From: a virus
Length of the DNA: 64,000 nucleotides
Reading direction: 5' to 3' (one strand)
IMG/VR virus record: IMGVR_UViG_3300034072_001149
Location: 95,201 to 159,200 of that record
The number at the start of each line of letters is the position of its first letter. Positions within the stretch are counted from its first letter, which is position 1. Position numbers and translations under genes: made by a program. The notes below the pieces were generated by a model that worked only from the letters and a program-made list of their open reading frames with translations, did no database searches and was not told the DNA's origin. Below are positions 29,250 to 39,251 of the stretch, in pieces.

Positions 29250-32240
29250 TCAAAAGCTGAATAGATCATTGAAAGTGGTGTCTTCTCGAGTAGCACTCAG
29301 ATCCCACTTCAACACACCTATAAGATTCGAGACCTTTTTATCAATAATTGTTTCTTCCATGGTCTCATTGTCAAAAGGCAATTCTTTATACCACTGTGGA
29401 AGGTGCGGTTCATCGAACGGATAGGCAACACTATCCATCTTCAGAGGATTGGGCTTGAGCTTACAGACGATAACTTTCTGTCCGTCCGTTATCTCCATGC
29501 TGAATCGGTCACCATACATTTCACGCAGAGTGTTCCAGTTCATAGCTGCTCTAACATGACCAGGCACCATTACCTTTTCCTTGGTCCCACTTTTCATGAT
29601 ATCTTTGCCGTCGCCTTCCTGTAGGCGAGACATATAACCCGTGATACCATTGACCTTCTTTGGTGTTCCCTTGAGCCAACCATCAAGAGCCCTGAATTCC
29701 ACACGGAAATCCTTGATCATCTGGATGATTGTTTCCTTGGTTCCACCATCCAGCAAAGTGGTGATGATCTTTTCCAAGAACTCCTGCATCATCTTAGGAG
29801 TATCAGCACGCTTGAGATCCAAACCAACCGCTTTGATTTTTCCAGGCTTGCCGTTGACGTCTAGACGAACATTATCTTTGTCGTACATCAATAGAGCATA
29901 ACGCTTCTTGGTGATGAACAACCCACGACTAGCAATTAGTTCTCGACCTGCTTTGATAATAGCACCTCGCTCAAGACCAGTATTGAACGCCATGTCCATA
30001 AAGGGAGGAAAACTTTCGTTTACCGCTTCACCGATGCCATCGTAAAGTTCAACCATTCGGTTTCGGTCTTCTAGCATTGGGGCCAGCTCAGGATCCGCCT
30101 CCAACATATCAACCGCAGTAAAATAAACCGAGTCAGTGTCATTATACAAGATGGCATCACCACGAACGTCATAAACACCAGTGATGATCTCGTTGGTTTT
30201 GCTGCTCATGTGCTTGGTAATTGAGCGCCCACTCAGGGTAACCGACTGACCGATGCGAGCATCGTAGAACCTGCAACCTTCATTCAGCAAAGCACCATAA
30301 AGCGAGTTCAGAAGAATCTTACGTGCCTGCTGACGCTGGTTCCAAAAGACCTCATGGGCCTTGGCTTCTTTGATGAACGCCTCGTTGATGAATACCTTGT
30401 TGTCAGTTATCCTGATAGCACCTTGCTCAAACAGGGAACGGAGCGCGTCTGAATTCTTAGTCCTGATGTAATCGGGAAGCTCAGCAAATACAGCCGTTTC
30501 AGTTGAATACCGGTTTGTGACCTCCTCGGCAAGATCAGGCTTGATGGTAAAACCCTTGGCTTGTGCCGAGGCTTCTGAAAACACAGTTTCTTTGAACTGC
30601 ATCTGCTTACGCTGTGAATACCATTTACCCAAAAGACCAGGAATAACCGCTTCTACGTCAGTTCGAAATATGGTTCCATTGGCTGTAATACAATACGGGT
30701 TACCCTGAAGGAAGATATACTCGTATAGCTGTTCTCCAGTTACCTGAATACTTTGACCCTCTTCGAAGTCAACAATCATTGACTCCTGGCTCTTGTTGGC
30801 CACCATATCATATTCAAGTGTGGAGAACAAACCTTCCCAACATTCTGGTCCTGGGATGCCTTTGGCCAGTCTAGAATCAATCAGAGCATTGGTGCGATCC
30901 AATCTAATCTGTCCTACTAGGGTCTCGGGGCCCATATTCAAAGCTCGTAGAGCCGAGGGATACAGAGAGTTGATGTCGCAACACGCAATTTCACGATGAA
31001 TACCAATTTTTGGTTTGGCGACATAGGCGCCAACTACTGGTCTTTTTTCACCGTTGTTTCTAAAGGGACGAGGACCATCATCTTCGTCGTTCCAATCATC
31101 ATCGTCATCATCCATGTTGACTTCTAGATCGGGACGCTTTCGGTTAGGAACACACATTCCTCTCTGGTGGGCTTCATTGATGATAGCTTGCTCAATCAGC
31201 GCAACAGAACCCATAGTGGTAGGCAGCAAAACAGTATTGGTGTGAGCAATCTGGTTCGCCAGTTCAATAAACCGCTTCTTGGCATCAATCTTTTGTAGAA
31301 GCGCAGTATCCTGGCGGTTGTATTCAAGGAACTTACGGAAATCACGCTTGTATAGGTTATCCAGAGTTCCACTATAGGGAGTCTTGTTTTCACCAACCTC
31401 GATTTCACCAACATAGTCTAGACGATAGCTATGGAGCTCTTGTGGATTATGCTTTTTGTATAACTCCAGATAATCCAAGTGAATACGACCAATTAGCTCG
31501 TAGGTTTGCTGTTCCTTTTTGAACTGGACATATTTTTTGATCTTGGGTCGCTGATTCCACAGGCAAAGTTTTTTGGTGTAATCCTTGCCCATGAGACGCT
31601 CAATACGATTCACCACATAGGGAATATCGAAACCTTTACTATTCCATCCTGACAGGACGTCGCAGTCCTCGATTAGGTCAAGGAATATCGTGAGCAGTTC
31701 TGTTTCATCGTTACACAGATAGGTATTGGGTAGGCTCTTACAGATTTCATCAGCGGCTTCCCAAGATAGGTGATCTTTGTCTACCACCGGCAGATTTGGC
31801 TTCAAGCAAACGGTATAGAGGGTATCATCGCTTGTGCGATGAACCGATATGGCAGTGATAGCACTAAACGGATCCCAAGGACTTGCGAAACCTCGCTGTG
31901 GATCAAAGTCCACCTCGATGTCGAAAAACCCAATATTCAGGACTGGTGATTCCGCACCAAGATAGTTTTCTTCCAAGCAGCGGAAAACTGGATTGATGTC
32001 GCTTTCATAAATGCGACGACCATTCTGAAGTTTTAGTTCACGCTGAAATGCTTTGTTGGAGGTAAAGCTACTCTTGGATACGGGGCGACCCCACATATCT
32101 TTGTAACGACCGCCACGAGCATCTTCATAGTAGAAAACATAGTTGGTCGGTAGGGATTTGAAAATCCGCTGACCATTCACACGTTCTACAATAAGAATCT
32201 CGTCCTTTTCTTTGTCATGCAGGGCATCAACGTAGGACAT
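29250..32240 (-). CDS. DNA polymerase, family B (T4 gp43-like)
   Basis: Exo DIE, WNSKGFD, YNRQD; pol DINSLYPS, KILLNSLYG, YNDTDS, KKRY; C-terminal clamp-binding-like FNDLFSF. Confidence 0.97.
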   Translation of the reverse strand: MSYVDALHDKEKDEILIVERVNGQRIFKSLPTNYVFYYEDARGGRYKDMWGRPVSKSSFTSNKAFQRELKLQNGRRIYESDINPVFRCLEENYLGAESPVLNIGFFDIEVDFDPQRGFASPWDPFSAITAISVHRTSDDTLYTVCLKPNLPVVDKDHLSWEAADEICKSLPNTYLCNDETELLTIFLDLIEDCDVLSGWNSKGFDIPYVVNRIERLMGKDYTKKLCLWNQRPKIKKYVQFKKEQQTYELIGRIHLDYLELYKKHNPQELHSYRLDYVGEIEVGENKTPYSGTLDNLYKRDFRKFLEYNRQDTALLQKIDAKKRFIELANQIAHTNTVLLPTTMGSVALIEQAIINEAHQRGMCVPNRKRPDLEVNMDDDDDDWNDEDDGPRPFRNNGEKRPVVGAYVAKPKIGIHREIACCDINSLYPSALRALNMGPETLVGQIRLDRTNALIDSRLAKGIPGPECWEGLFSTLEYDMVANKSQESMIVDFEEGQSIQVTGEQLYEYIFLQGNPYCITANGTIFRTDVEAVIPGLLGKWYSQRKQMQFKETVFSEASAQAKGFTIKPDLAEEVTNRYSTETAVFAELPDYIRTKNSDALRSLFEQGAIRITDNKVFINEAFIKEAKAHEVFWNQRQQARKILLNSLYGALLNEGCRFYDARIGQSVTLSGRSITKHMSSKTNEIITGVYDVRGDAILYNDTDSVYFTAVDMLEADPELAPMLEDRNRMVELYDGIGEAVNESFPPFMDMAFNTGLERGAIIKAGRELIASRGLFITKKRYALLMYDKDNVRLDVNGKPGKIKAVGLDLKRADTPKMMQEFLEKIITTLLDGGTKETIIQMIKDFRVEFRALDGWLKGTPKKVNGITGYMSRLQEGDGKDIMKSGTKEKVMVPGHVRAAMNWNTLREMYGDRFSMEITDGQKVIVCKLKPNPLKMDSVAYPFDEPHLPQWYKELPFDNETMEETIIDKKVSNLIGVLKWDLSATREDTTFNDLFSF

Positions 32241-32278
32241 GGATTCTCCTTATTATTTTGTTTTATGGATATCTTTTA

Positions 32279-32563
32279 TCATAACACCAGAATAGAAAGA
32301 CCTACAATATTCAGGATGGTGTTAAAGGCCATCAGCACAAACATCCATGATGCCTGTCGCATATAAGCCCCGATCATGATCATTGAACTACCAATGAACC
32401 AAAGAGTATAACAGAGAAGCATTGGTGGCATTGCGGCACCAAAACTCATTATGGCAGTTGCCATGATGCTAAAGGCAGTGCCTAGGAATTCAAACCAGAA
32501 CATCCGACGATTGTTTTCCCAATCGTTTTTCCAGTGATTTATCACATCTTTTATGATTTTCAT
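32279..32563 (-). CDS. Small three-TM membrane protein
   Basis: Three hydrophobic helices. Confidence 0.7.
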   Translation of the reverse strand: MKIIKDVINHWKNDWENNRRMFWFEFLGTAFSIMATAIMSFGAAMPPMLLCYTLWFIGSSMIMIGAYMRQASWMFVLMAFNTILNIVGLSILVL

Positions 32564-32578
32564 GGTTTGCTCACAATT

Positions 32579-32605
32579 ATGGGGAGGGTTAAAAACCCTC
32601 CCCAT
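32579..32605. terminator. Hairpin
   Basis: ATGGGGAGGGTT-aaa-AACCCTCCCCAT. Confidence 0.65.
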
Positions 32606-32613
32606 ATTCCACG

Positions 32614-32871
32614 TTAGGCGCGGCCCACCGCAGCAAGGATCTCTTCAACTTCGTTGACAGCTTCCTTGTCAGCTTCCAGTGAAGCCTTGTATGCTGCCTT
32701 GATGGCCTTGTTGATGGCCGCAGGCTTCAGATTTAGCTCTTCCGCAACAGCCTTGACAACATCCTTGAAGCCGGCCTTGAGGTCGTCAACTTCCTGGGTG
32801 ATCTTGAGACCTTCGTCGATAACGCGCTTGAGCTTCTTGGTATCTTCAGTGGTCAGGTTGGTAGTGCTCAT
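32614..32871 (-). CDS. DsbA/GapR-like dsDNA-binding protein
   Basis: 85-aa helical protein KLKRVIDE...QEVDDLK...KDV...AEE...INKAIK. Confidence 0.65.
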   Translation of the reverse strand: MSTTNLTTEDTKKLKRVIDEGLKITQEVDDLKAGFKDVVKAVAEELNLKPAAINKAIKAAYKASLEADKEAVNEVEEILAAVGRA

Positions 32872-32931
32872 ATTGTTCTCCATAATGAACTTTTGTGAGT
32901 TCACTATGAACAATCTGATACCAACTTGTCA

Positions 32932-33129
32932 TTATTCTGGTTTGACAATGACTCGATAAATGCCCTGAGAGTCTTGAACCACTGCTGGCTTTAGACCTTG
33001 CCTTTGGATCTCTCTTAGCTCTCTTTCAAGACGTATCAACTCATTATATCCACCAATTTGCTTGGCAAAGCCTGCGATTTTACTAGCCTTCTTCAGGTAT
33101 GCAGGGGAAGCTGACCAACTCATTTCCAA
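32932..33129 (-). CDS. Hypothetical protein
   Basis: Coupled to the upstream ORF. Confidence 0.6.
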   Translation of the reverse strand: MEMSWSASPAYLKKASKIAGFAKQIGGYNELIRLERELREIQRQGLKPAVVQDSQGIYRVIVKPE

Positions 33130-33866
33130 CGCTTGACAATATGAACTGAACGGGCCGAGGTATCAGAGATTGGATCTAAGGACTTTAGATCCATCTGTGC
33201 GTCCTTGTGCAGGGCACGATAACTCATGTCATGAGAGAGCTTCTCTGGTGCTGGGAGACCCTCTTGCTTGGCTAACTTTGTGGCAGTCTTGTGATCAGCT
33301 TCGGCTTTGGCCAATTCAAGATCCAAGTCATCATCCAAAACTTCTTTTTCCGTCTTGGCAGGAATCACTGCCATGTTCTTAGAAGCTATGAAATCTAGAA
33401 CCTTGTTGTAATCTTCTAGATTATCAAACGCAATACAGGCTACCGTTCTGGTTTCGCGATTAATAAAATCCCAACGACGCTTCAAAGCATCATGTGCTTC
33501 TCGAACCTGGTCTGGTGTCATAAAAGTCACACTAGTTGGACCTCTAGACACCCAGGGAATACCCTTATACATCAGGACTCCCATAGCCGTTTCCAACTCT
33601 TCGTCAGTATCGAACTCAATAGTATTTTCAAGGCTGACTTCAGTATCTTCTACGTCGTCAACCTCTTCATCTTCAACCACTGGCTTAGCCTTGGGCTTTG
33701 GTGTCTTTTTGACCCTAGTGGTGAGCTCTGAAATTTCCGACGAATCCAATTCCATTTCAGCTGAAACTTCATTTATGGCTTCATCAAGGCTGATTCCAGT
33801 TATAGTCCTCTCTGCTACGCGGAACGAAGCCTCGGCGAGAAGAGTCTCGAAAATCAATTTGTTCAT
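33120..33866 (-). CDS. Acidic hypothetical protein (late)
   Basis: GGAGG RBS, TAAATA upstream. Confidence 0.75.
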   Translation of the reverse strand: MNKLIFETLLAEASFRVAERTITGISLDEAINEVSAEMELDSSEISELTTRVKKTPKPKAKPVVEDEEVDDVEDTEVSLENTIEFDTDEELETAMGVLMYKGIPWVSRGPTSVTFMTPDQVREAHDALKRRWDFINRETRTVACIAFDNLEDYNKVLDFIASKNMAVIPAKTEKEVLDDDLDLELAKAEADHKTATKLAKQEGLPAPEKLSHDMSYRALHKDAQMDLKSLDPISDTSARSVHIVKRWK

Positions 33867-33893
33867 GGGGAACCTCCTATGGGTTTCCCCTAT

Positions 33894-34151
33894 TTATTGA
33901 CGAATTGACACCTGGTCCGCGAATCTTAGCTTGAACAGGGCAGCGTCATATGGATCTTCAAACCAAACGCCGGTTTCATGTGGATTAAAGCGGTGTTTGA
34001 TCGCCACTGTCAGCCATGGTTCAACTTCTTCGTCCCACCAATCGGCCAGCATGTCACGCTGCGCATTACTCAGAATCCTAGGGAGGCCAATGTCAGACCA
34101 AAATATAGTGATGCTTCGTAGTGTTACGATTATAGGATCCACTATCCCCAA
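33894..34151 (-). CDS. FKL-motif family protein
   Basis: WFEDPYDAALFKLRF. Confidence 0.75.
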   Translation of the reverse strand: MGIVDPIIVTLRSITIFWSDIGLPRILSNAQRDMLADWWDEEVEPWLTVAIKHRFNPHETGVWFEDPYDAALFKLRFADQVSIRQ

Positions 34152-34591
34152 GCCAACTTAAAGAAGCTGGCATCTCCTTTTTTCATGAATCTATAGTGAT
34201 ATGGATTCACTATGACCCAAGAACCTCGGCAACAATTGTCCGCCCATTCGGCTATTTCTTTTCGAATACGGTCTGAACTTTCACCAACCGCTTCACGTTC
34301 AGCAATCTTCTGCCTGTTGACTTTGATATCATGACCAACAAATATTGACCACCAGTTGGTCATATGTCCATATCGGTTATGAAGAACCAACAAGGTAAAA
34401 AAGATAGCAGGGGATATTTGTATCATATGCCACCAATAACTGTTAGAGGTGGAAAAGTACAACAAAAGTGGCAATACGACACTAACAACCAAAGTTATAT
34501 TAACTGTCGTGATGATATCTCCAGAAGATAGTCCTGGATTGTTGATCCTTCTACGAGCCAGTGAATAGTCCAGTTGATATGGCTCGATCAT
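34142..34591 (-). CDS. Two-TM + FKL-motif protein
   Basis: TM helices, YGHMTNWW, WADNCCRGSW, FMKKGDASFFKLAW. Confidence 0.72.
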   Translation of the reverse strand: MIEPYQLDYSLARRRINNPGLSSGDIITTVNITLVVSVVLPLLLYFSTSNSYWWHMIQISPAIFFTLLVLHNRYGHMTNWWSIFVGHDIKVNRQKIAEREAVGESSDRIRKEIAEWADNCCRGSWVIVNPYHYRFMKKGDASFFKLAWG

Positions 34592-35591
34592 AAAGCTGTC
34601 GCGACGCAATTTGCTTCCCCTTTGCCTCAACTTCCAGATCAGTCCAGACTAGATGACTTAACGCCCAATCGTTTGACCCTTGATTCCAGCATCCAAAGCT
34701 ATGCGCTCTTAGCTTGCTGGGTTTAAATTCCTCACGGAGAACTGTATAGTCTGGGCGACTAGTAGAGCAAGCGTCTTTTAGTAGAAGTTCTGAACTTGTG
34801 CTAAAATGCCCAAGCGGACGAACCCCACGCCACGATTCTTTGACCTTGTCAATCCTAGGATCATTTGGCTTTATATATTGACCATCTGATTGGACCCAAT
34901 GATGATGGATATCTAGAACAATAGGGACAACCGAATGTAGGTCCGCTGCCAGCATAGCATCAAGTGAACAACCAAACTCGTCATTCTCAATAGTCAAAAG
35001 ATTACGAAGAGTGGGAGATAGTCGATTCTGTATTGTGCTTTTGAGCCTCTTGAGTTCTGGATCTAGATTGTTGTTGGCATGTATATTGATGGCAAATCCT
35101 TGCGTGTGCCAGTCTGCACCATATCCCATTGATTCGGCCAGATAGCCATGGTATTCTAGATCCACAATGCTATTGTCTACCACATCAGTTCTCTGGCTAC
35201 AAAGGGTAGTGAACTGGCCGGGATGAGTACAAAGCCTAATGCCATTGGCAGAAGCGAAAGAGCTGGTGTTTTTCAGTCCATCTGATATTAGACGTTTGAC
35301 ATCAGAATGATCATATACCCAAGCAAAATCAGAAACGGTAAAGGCAGGCAGGAAATCGCTGGTAATGCGAAAAAGACGCATCTGCTCTGGCTGTTTGGCG
35401 ATCCATTTCAGCTGGTTATCAAGAGCTTTGATATTATGCTCTACAAGCCCGTAGAGCTTTGTGTAGACCTGCTCTTTTGTCATCTTGCGCAGAGCTGTAA
35501 GCGTCGTGGACGCTTGATTCATAGAAGCTTTAAGGGCTTTGTCTTCGGTTTCAAACTTACAGCAGAAACCAATACGTGGGAAGGTGTTCAT
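34551..35591 (-). CDS. uvsE: UV-damage endonuclease
   Basis: RIGFCC, FRITSD, HPGQF, DLEYH, LTIENDE, LDIHHHW, LRAHS, EAKGKQ. Confidence 0.92.
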   Translation of the reverse strand: MNTFPRIGFCCKFETEDKALKASMNQASTTLTALRKMTKEQVYTKLYGLVEHNIKALDNQLKWIAKQPEQMRLFRITSDFLPAFTVSDFAWVYDHSDVKRLISDGLKNTSSFASANGIRLCTHPGQFTTLCSQRTDVVDNSIVDLEYHGYLAESMGYGADWHTQGFAINIHANNNLDPELKRLKSTIQNRLSPTLRNLLTIENDEFGCSLDAMLAADLHSVVPIVLDIHHHWVQSDGQYIKPNDPRIDKVKESWRGVRPLGHFSTSSELLLKDACSTSRPDYTVLREEFKPSKLRAHSFGCWNQGSNDWALSHLVWTDLEVEAKGKQIASRQLYDRAISTGLFTGS

Positions 35592-35625
35592 ACCGCTACT
35601 TAGCGGTATGACACTACCAAATCAA
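35588..35625 (-). promoter_or_regulatory. Leaderless promoter with an 11-bp inverted repeat over the -10 and ATG
   Basis: TTGATT-17-TAAGTA-5 nt-ATG; TCATACCGCTA-ct-TAGCGGTATGA. Confidence 0.55.
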
Positions 35626-35635
35626 CACCTAAAAG

Positions 35636-36031
35636 TCACCAACGGGCGACGACCTGGATATCGATGACTTCACCGAACTCCGTGGTGACAGTGCCGACCA
35701 TATGCTTGCGATTATCCATCCAGTAATCGTTTTCATATTCCCGAACCTCACGATTCGTGCCACCCAGGCTATTGCCCTCGGCATCGTGGGTTGGTCGGTG
35801 CGTTGACACGCGAGTCCAGTTGCTAGGATCCAGCAGGGCGGGCCAAAAGACCGTTGTCATTTCACCCGACTGTTCCTTATTCACAATATTGAACTGATTT
35901 TTGACTATCTCAGGTTCAGCCTGGATCTTATCAATCAGTGCCTGTAGGCAGTCGGCGCTCGAAAAACGCTTTTCGCCTGGGTCACGAAACATAGGCGTCA
36001 GTCCGATACCTGCGATGGGGTTGAACGTCAT
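35636..36031 (-). CDS. Hypothetical protein
   Basis: ATGA coupling. Confidence 0.7.
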   Translation of the reverse strand: MTFNPIAGIGLTPMFRDPGEKRFSSADCLQALIDKIQAEPEIVKNQFNIVNKEQSGEMTTVFWPALLDPSNWTRVSTHRPTHDAEGNSLGGTNREVREYENDYWMDNRKHMVGTVTTEFGEVIDIQVVARW

Positions 36032-36216
36032 CTGAATGCCCTTTCCACAATAACATCACAATTTGTTTTGCCGGCCTTAAAGCAAGCAATCATTGCCTTG
36101 GCCTTGGCCTTGGCTTCATGTTCAGCAGCTTGGCTAAACCCCATACCCATGAAAAGAGCAATAAAGGCAAGGCCAAACATAATAGTGAATACCTTTACGT
36201 CACTCATTAGCCCCAC
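36028..36216 (-). CDS. Small membrane/secreted protein
   Basis: N-terminal hydrophobic helix. Confidence 0.6.
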   Translation of the reverse strand: MGLMSDVKVFTIMFGLAFIALFMGMGFSQAAEHEAKAKAKAMIACFKAGKTNCDVIVERAFR

Positions 36217-38192
36217 CTATCCTTGGCGTCCATAATCGAAATCACATTGTCTTCACCGAGCAACTGGCGTGCCTTGACCAGCTTGCTGGAATTGCCCGAA
36301 GGGTCCTTGGCCACAAGGTAGGTCGTGTCCTTGTTGACCGAGGAGCCGATCCGACCCGAGCGGGCCTCAATCTTGGCTTCTAGATCCTTGTCACGAATAC
36401 CCGTGAAAACCACAGTAACACCCTCGAGGTCACCACCCGTGACCTTTTCCTTGGGAGCAACCAACGTGTAATAGCCGTCGATTTCCTTGAGGAAGTCCAG
36501 AAACTTGGGCAGGTTGTCCACGATAGTCTGTGCCGTCTTGGACTCAAAGCCCTCGAGCTTGGCAATATCCTGCACCGTGACCGTGCCGTTGAGAATAGGG
36601 TCGCTGCCCAGTGCCTCAACTACCTTGGTCATCTTGCGTCGACCAATACCTCGTCCCAACAGCGAAGTAGCACCGGCAAGGATACCAAGCTCTACGTTGT
36701 TGAGCTTGAGACGTAGACCTTCCCAGATCTTCTTGCCCGCGCTATCACCGGTGGCTTTCTGAAGTTCTGCCTGGGTGGCTCGGATGATTGAAATCGGACT
36801 CTTGAAGCCAGCATCGTAAAGCTTTTCAATGCTTCCCTCCCGGAGGTGGGGCACGTCAAGACCAGTAGTGCCAAACATTGCGTTGATGACCTCGAGCTGA
36901 ACCGCACGATTGTTATTCGTATCGGTCATGATGAGATCGACCTGACCATCGCTCCATTCCAGCGGACCAAAATCCGCTTCACTCGGTTCAGCCCACTTTG
37001 CCGCAGGTTCCACTACCTTCTGGATGAAGGGAATGACGTCACCCGACCGAGTGATTTGGATCTTAGCGCCAGGACCGATGATATTGTCGCGGATAAACTT
37101 GGCGTTGAACCCGGTGGCGTAGGTAATGGTCACACCGACCAGGTCAACGGGGTCGATTTCCACTCGCGGCTTCAAATAGCCGGCCTTGCTGGGGTTCCAG
37201 TGGACTTCCTTGACCGTTGCGATTGCGACATTGTCCTCACTGCCAACCTTGAACTTCTTGCTGCTGATCGGATTGATGCTGCTGGACTTACGAGTCAGCT
37301 TTTCCACAATCGCGATATTGTCCAGATCAATCACAATACCGTCAATAGCAGTTGGGCTCTTGGAACGACGCTCGTTGAGGTAAGCAATCAGAAACTCGTC
37401 AGTGAGTTCACGACCCTTTTTGGTAATATAAGGCGTGACTTCATAGCCGGCTTCGGCAAGAACTCGGAACTGTTCCGACTTGCTCATCAGCGGCTTGACC
37501 ACGCTGGTAGCGATCACCTTGACATTGTCATAAAACGTATCAGGGGATTCGCTAGCGTTCATGCGACCTGCCACATAATTGCGCGGATTTTTGTAAGTGC
37601 GGCCGCCTTCAGCTTCAGCATTTGCCTTCATGTTGTTGAAAACATCGTCGGCCATAATGACTTCAAGACGAACATCATGATTTTCGATATTCATCACATC
37701 AAGGCTGCGAGGAAGTGACTTGATGCGCTTCATATGACGTGTGATATCCGCTCCCTGGAAACCATTGCCGCGCGAATAAGAAATTCGGAGTTCGCCAGCT
37801 TTTCCGTGGCAGTTGAGAGCAGACGTGCCGTCCTGTTTGTCCGAGATCACGAAAGTCTCGTCCAACCAGCCGTTGGCTTCTATCCACTTGATGGTTTCGC
37901 CTTCATATACCTGATCCAGCGAGCCCATAGGATGTGGAAGGTCGATCTTGCCGCCGCGCACATCGCTACCGACAGAGACCAAAAACTTGTTGTTGGGGTC
38001 GATGCTACGGAGCATCTTTTCGAGTTCATCATACTGAGCGTCGGTAAGAAAGCTCTCTTCTTCTACACCATTGTGGAAGAGGTCCGATGCTTCGGTCAGG
38101 ATGTGGACGAGCATTTCGGGGGTCGGTTCGACCTCACCATTGATAATCTGCTGTGATGCTTCGACCGCATCGAAGAACGGCATCGTGGTCAT
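36207..38192 (-). CDS. ligA: NAD-dependent DNA ligase
   Basis: D.QYD.L, MGSLD, KQDG, SRGNG..G.DIT, NPRN, IDGIV, RSGDVIP, HhH, C-terminal BRCT (VFTG.RD...G.SV.K.T.YLV). Confidence 0.93.
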   Translation of the reverse strand: MTTMPFFDAVEASQQIINGEVEPTPEMLVHILTEASDLFHNGVEEESFLTDAQYDELEKMLRSIDPNNKFLVSVGSDVRGGKIDLPHPMGSLDQVYEGETIKWIEANGWLDETFVISDKQDGTSALNCHGKAGELRISYSRGNGFQGADITRHMKRIKSLPRSLDVMNIENHDVRLEVIMADDVFNNMKANAEAEGGRTYKNPRNYVAGRMNASESPDTFYDNVKVIATSVVKPLMSKSEQFRVLAEAGYEVTPYITKKGRELTDEFLIAYLNERRSKSPTAIDGIVIDLDNIAIVEKLTRKSSSINPISSKKFKVGSEDNVAIATVKEVHWNPSKAGYLKPRVEIDPVDLVGVTITYATGFNAKFIRDNIIGPGAKIQITRSGDVIPFIQKVVEPAAKWAEPSEADFGPLEWSDGQVDLIMTDTNNNRAVQLEVINAMFGTTGLDVPHLREGSIEKLYDAGFKSPISIIRATQAELQKATGDSAGKKIWEGLRLKLNNVELGILAGATSLLGRGIGRRKMTKVVEALGSDPILNGTVTVQDIAKLEGFESKTAQTIVDNLPKFLDFLKEIDGYYTLVAPKEKVTGGDLEGVTVVFTGIRDKDLEAKIEARSGRIGSSVNKDTTYLVAKDPSGNSSKLVKARQLLGEDNVISIMDAKDRWG

Positions 38193-38235
38193 CTGAACTC
38201 CTTGTGCTTGATCTATATTCGATCTTTAACACAGG

Positions 38236-38637
38236 CTACTCAGATGTCAAGCGGATAAGCTCTTCCTGGATTGTTTCCATGGGAAAATGTTTGGATAGGC
38301 TTTTCAAAAGGATTCTACGATACCATAGATTCCATTCTTTGGCATCGGCACTCAAAGCAGCTTGTTCAATAGCCTCTTGTGCGGCAATGCCAACAAGATC
38401 CTCATGATGTAGTTTCAAAGCCAAGTCATAAAACTCAGCAAAGGTCAATGTTCCAACTTCGTCATCATCTTCAGGTAAAGCTGGGACCTTATTGACCTTG
38501 AAATCATAATCTGGCGATGTTCCCAAACTAAGACCAATCCAAAACTCCTCAGAATCTTGGTCCCAGGCCTGTTCCAATGTAGTCCTATGGTTACTGTTGG
38601 GATCAAGAAGTGATTGAACAATCTCAATAGTTTTCAT
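38236..38637 (-). CDS. Stand-alone N-terminal domain of a T4-type ATP-dependent DNA ligase (remnant)
   Basis: F.VNKVP, F..LA.KL....L.G.AA..AI, EWNLWYRRILLK.L; no catalytic KxDG. Confidence 0.6.
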   Translation of the reverse strand: MKTIEIVQSLLDPNSNHRTTLEQAWDQDSEEFWIGLSLGTSPDYDFKVNKVPALPEDDDEVGTLTFAEFYDLALKLHHEDLVGIAAQEAIEQAALSADAKEWNLWYRRILLKSLSKHFPMETIQEELIRLTSE

Positions 38638-38644
38638 CGTTCAA

Positions 38645-39250
38645 TCACTTCTTGTTAAGCCAGCGATTTAACTCGTCTCTGGATACTACCACGTATCCTT
38701 GTTCAGCGAGCATATTCATGAATAGATGCGGTAGTTCGTAATCAACTTTGCGATATTGTTCTGGTAGTTGTTCCCAGGGGCGCATAAGTGGATGTTGTTT
38801 ACTTTTCTCATTTACCAATAGACCAAATGACCAACCGGATTTTGCTCTAGCATCATACCAGCGTTGGTGTTGGTGCTTAGCCAGCGTTTCACAAAGATTG
38901 TTGTAATCGTCTTCGTCCATTACAACGGCGTCAGCTGGTCCTTGACGCGCGGATTTCACTTCCTCAGAACTTGTTTCAATCTCGCCCTCGGGGTATGCTT
39001 CTTCAATAACTTCCGCTTCTTTTGGTGTTAAATCACGGGTTAGAGGAATTTCATAATAATGGGTGCCACCTCGGGTTTCCTTATGGACCATAAAGACCAC
39101 ATCTGGATCACCTTGGGGATTGGTAGTCTGAACACTGGAGAGAACTCCACTGGGCAGGTTGTTCTTAACACAATGATACCACGCAAGAGCCTCTTCTTTG
39201 CCAAGAGGCTCGTTCGTTTTTAATCTAATGAAGAGGGGAATCTCTGTCAT
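38645..39250 (-). CDS. RyR-domain protein
   Basis: LAKHQHQRWYDARAKSGWSFG...KQHPLMRPWEQLPE. Confidence 0.8.
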   Translation of the reverse strand: MTEIPLFIRLKTNEPLGKEEALAWYHCVKNNLPSGVLSSVQTTNPQGDPDVVFMVHKETRGGTHYYEIPLTRDLTPKEAEVIEEAYPEGEIETSSEEVKSARQGPADAVVMDEDDYNNLCETLAKHQHQRWYDARAKSGWSFGLLVNEKSKQHPLMRPWEQLPEQYRKVDYELPHLFMNMLAEQGYVVVSRDELNRWLNKK

Positions 39251-39251
39251 A

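Noticed and set aside
29250-32240. Intein or intron in the DNA polymerase
   Set aside because: The insertions lack Cys/Ser...His-Asn termini and the ORF is continuous
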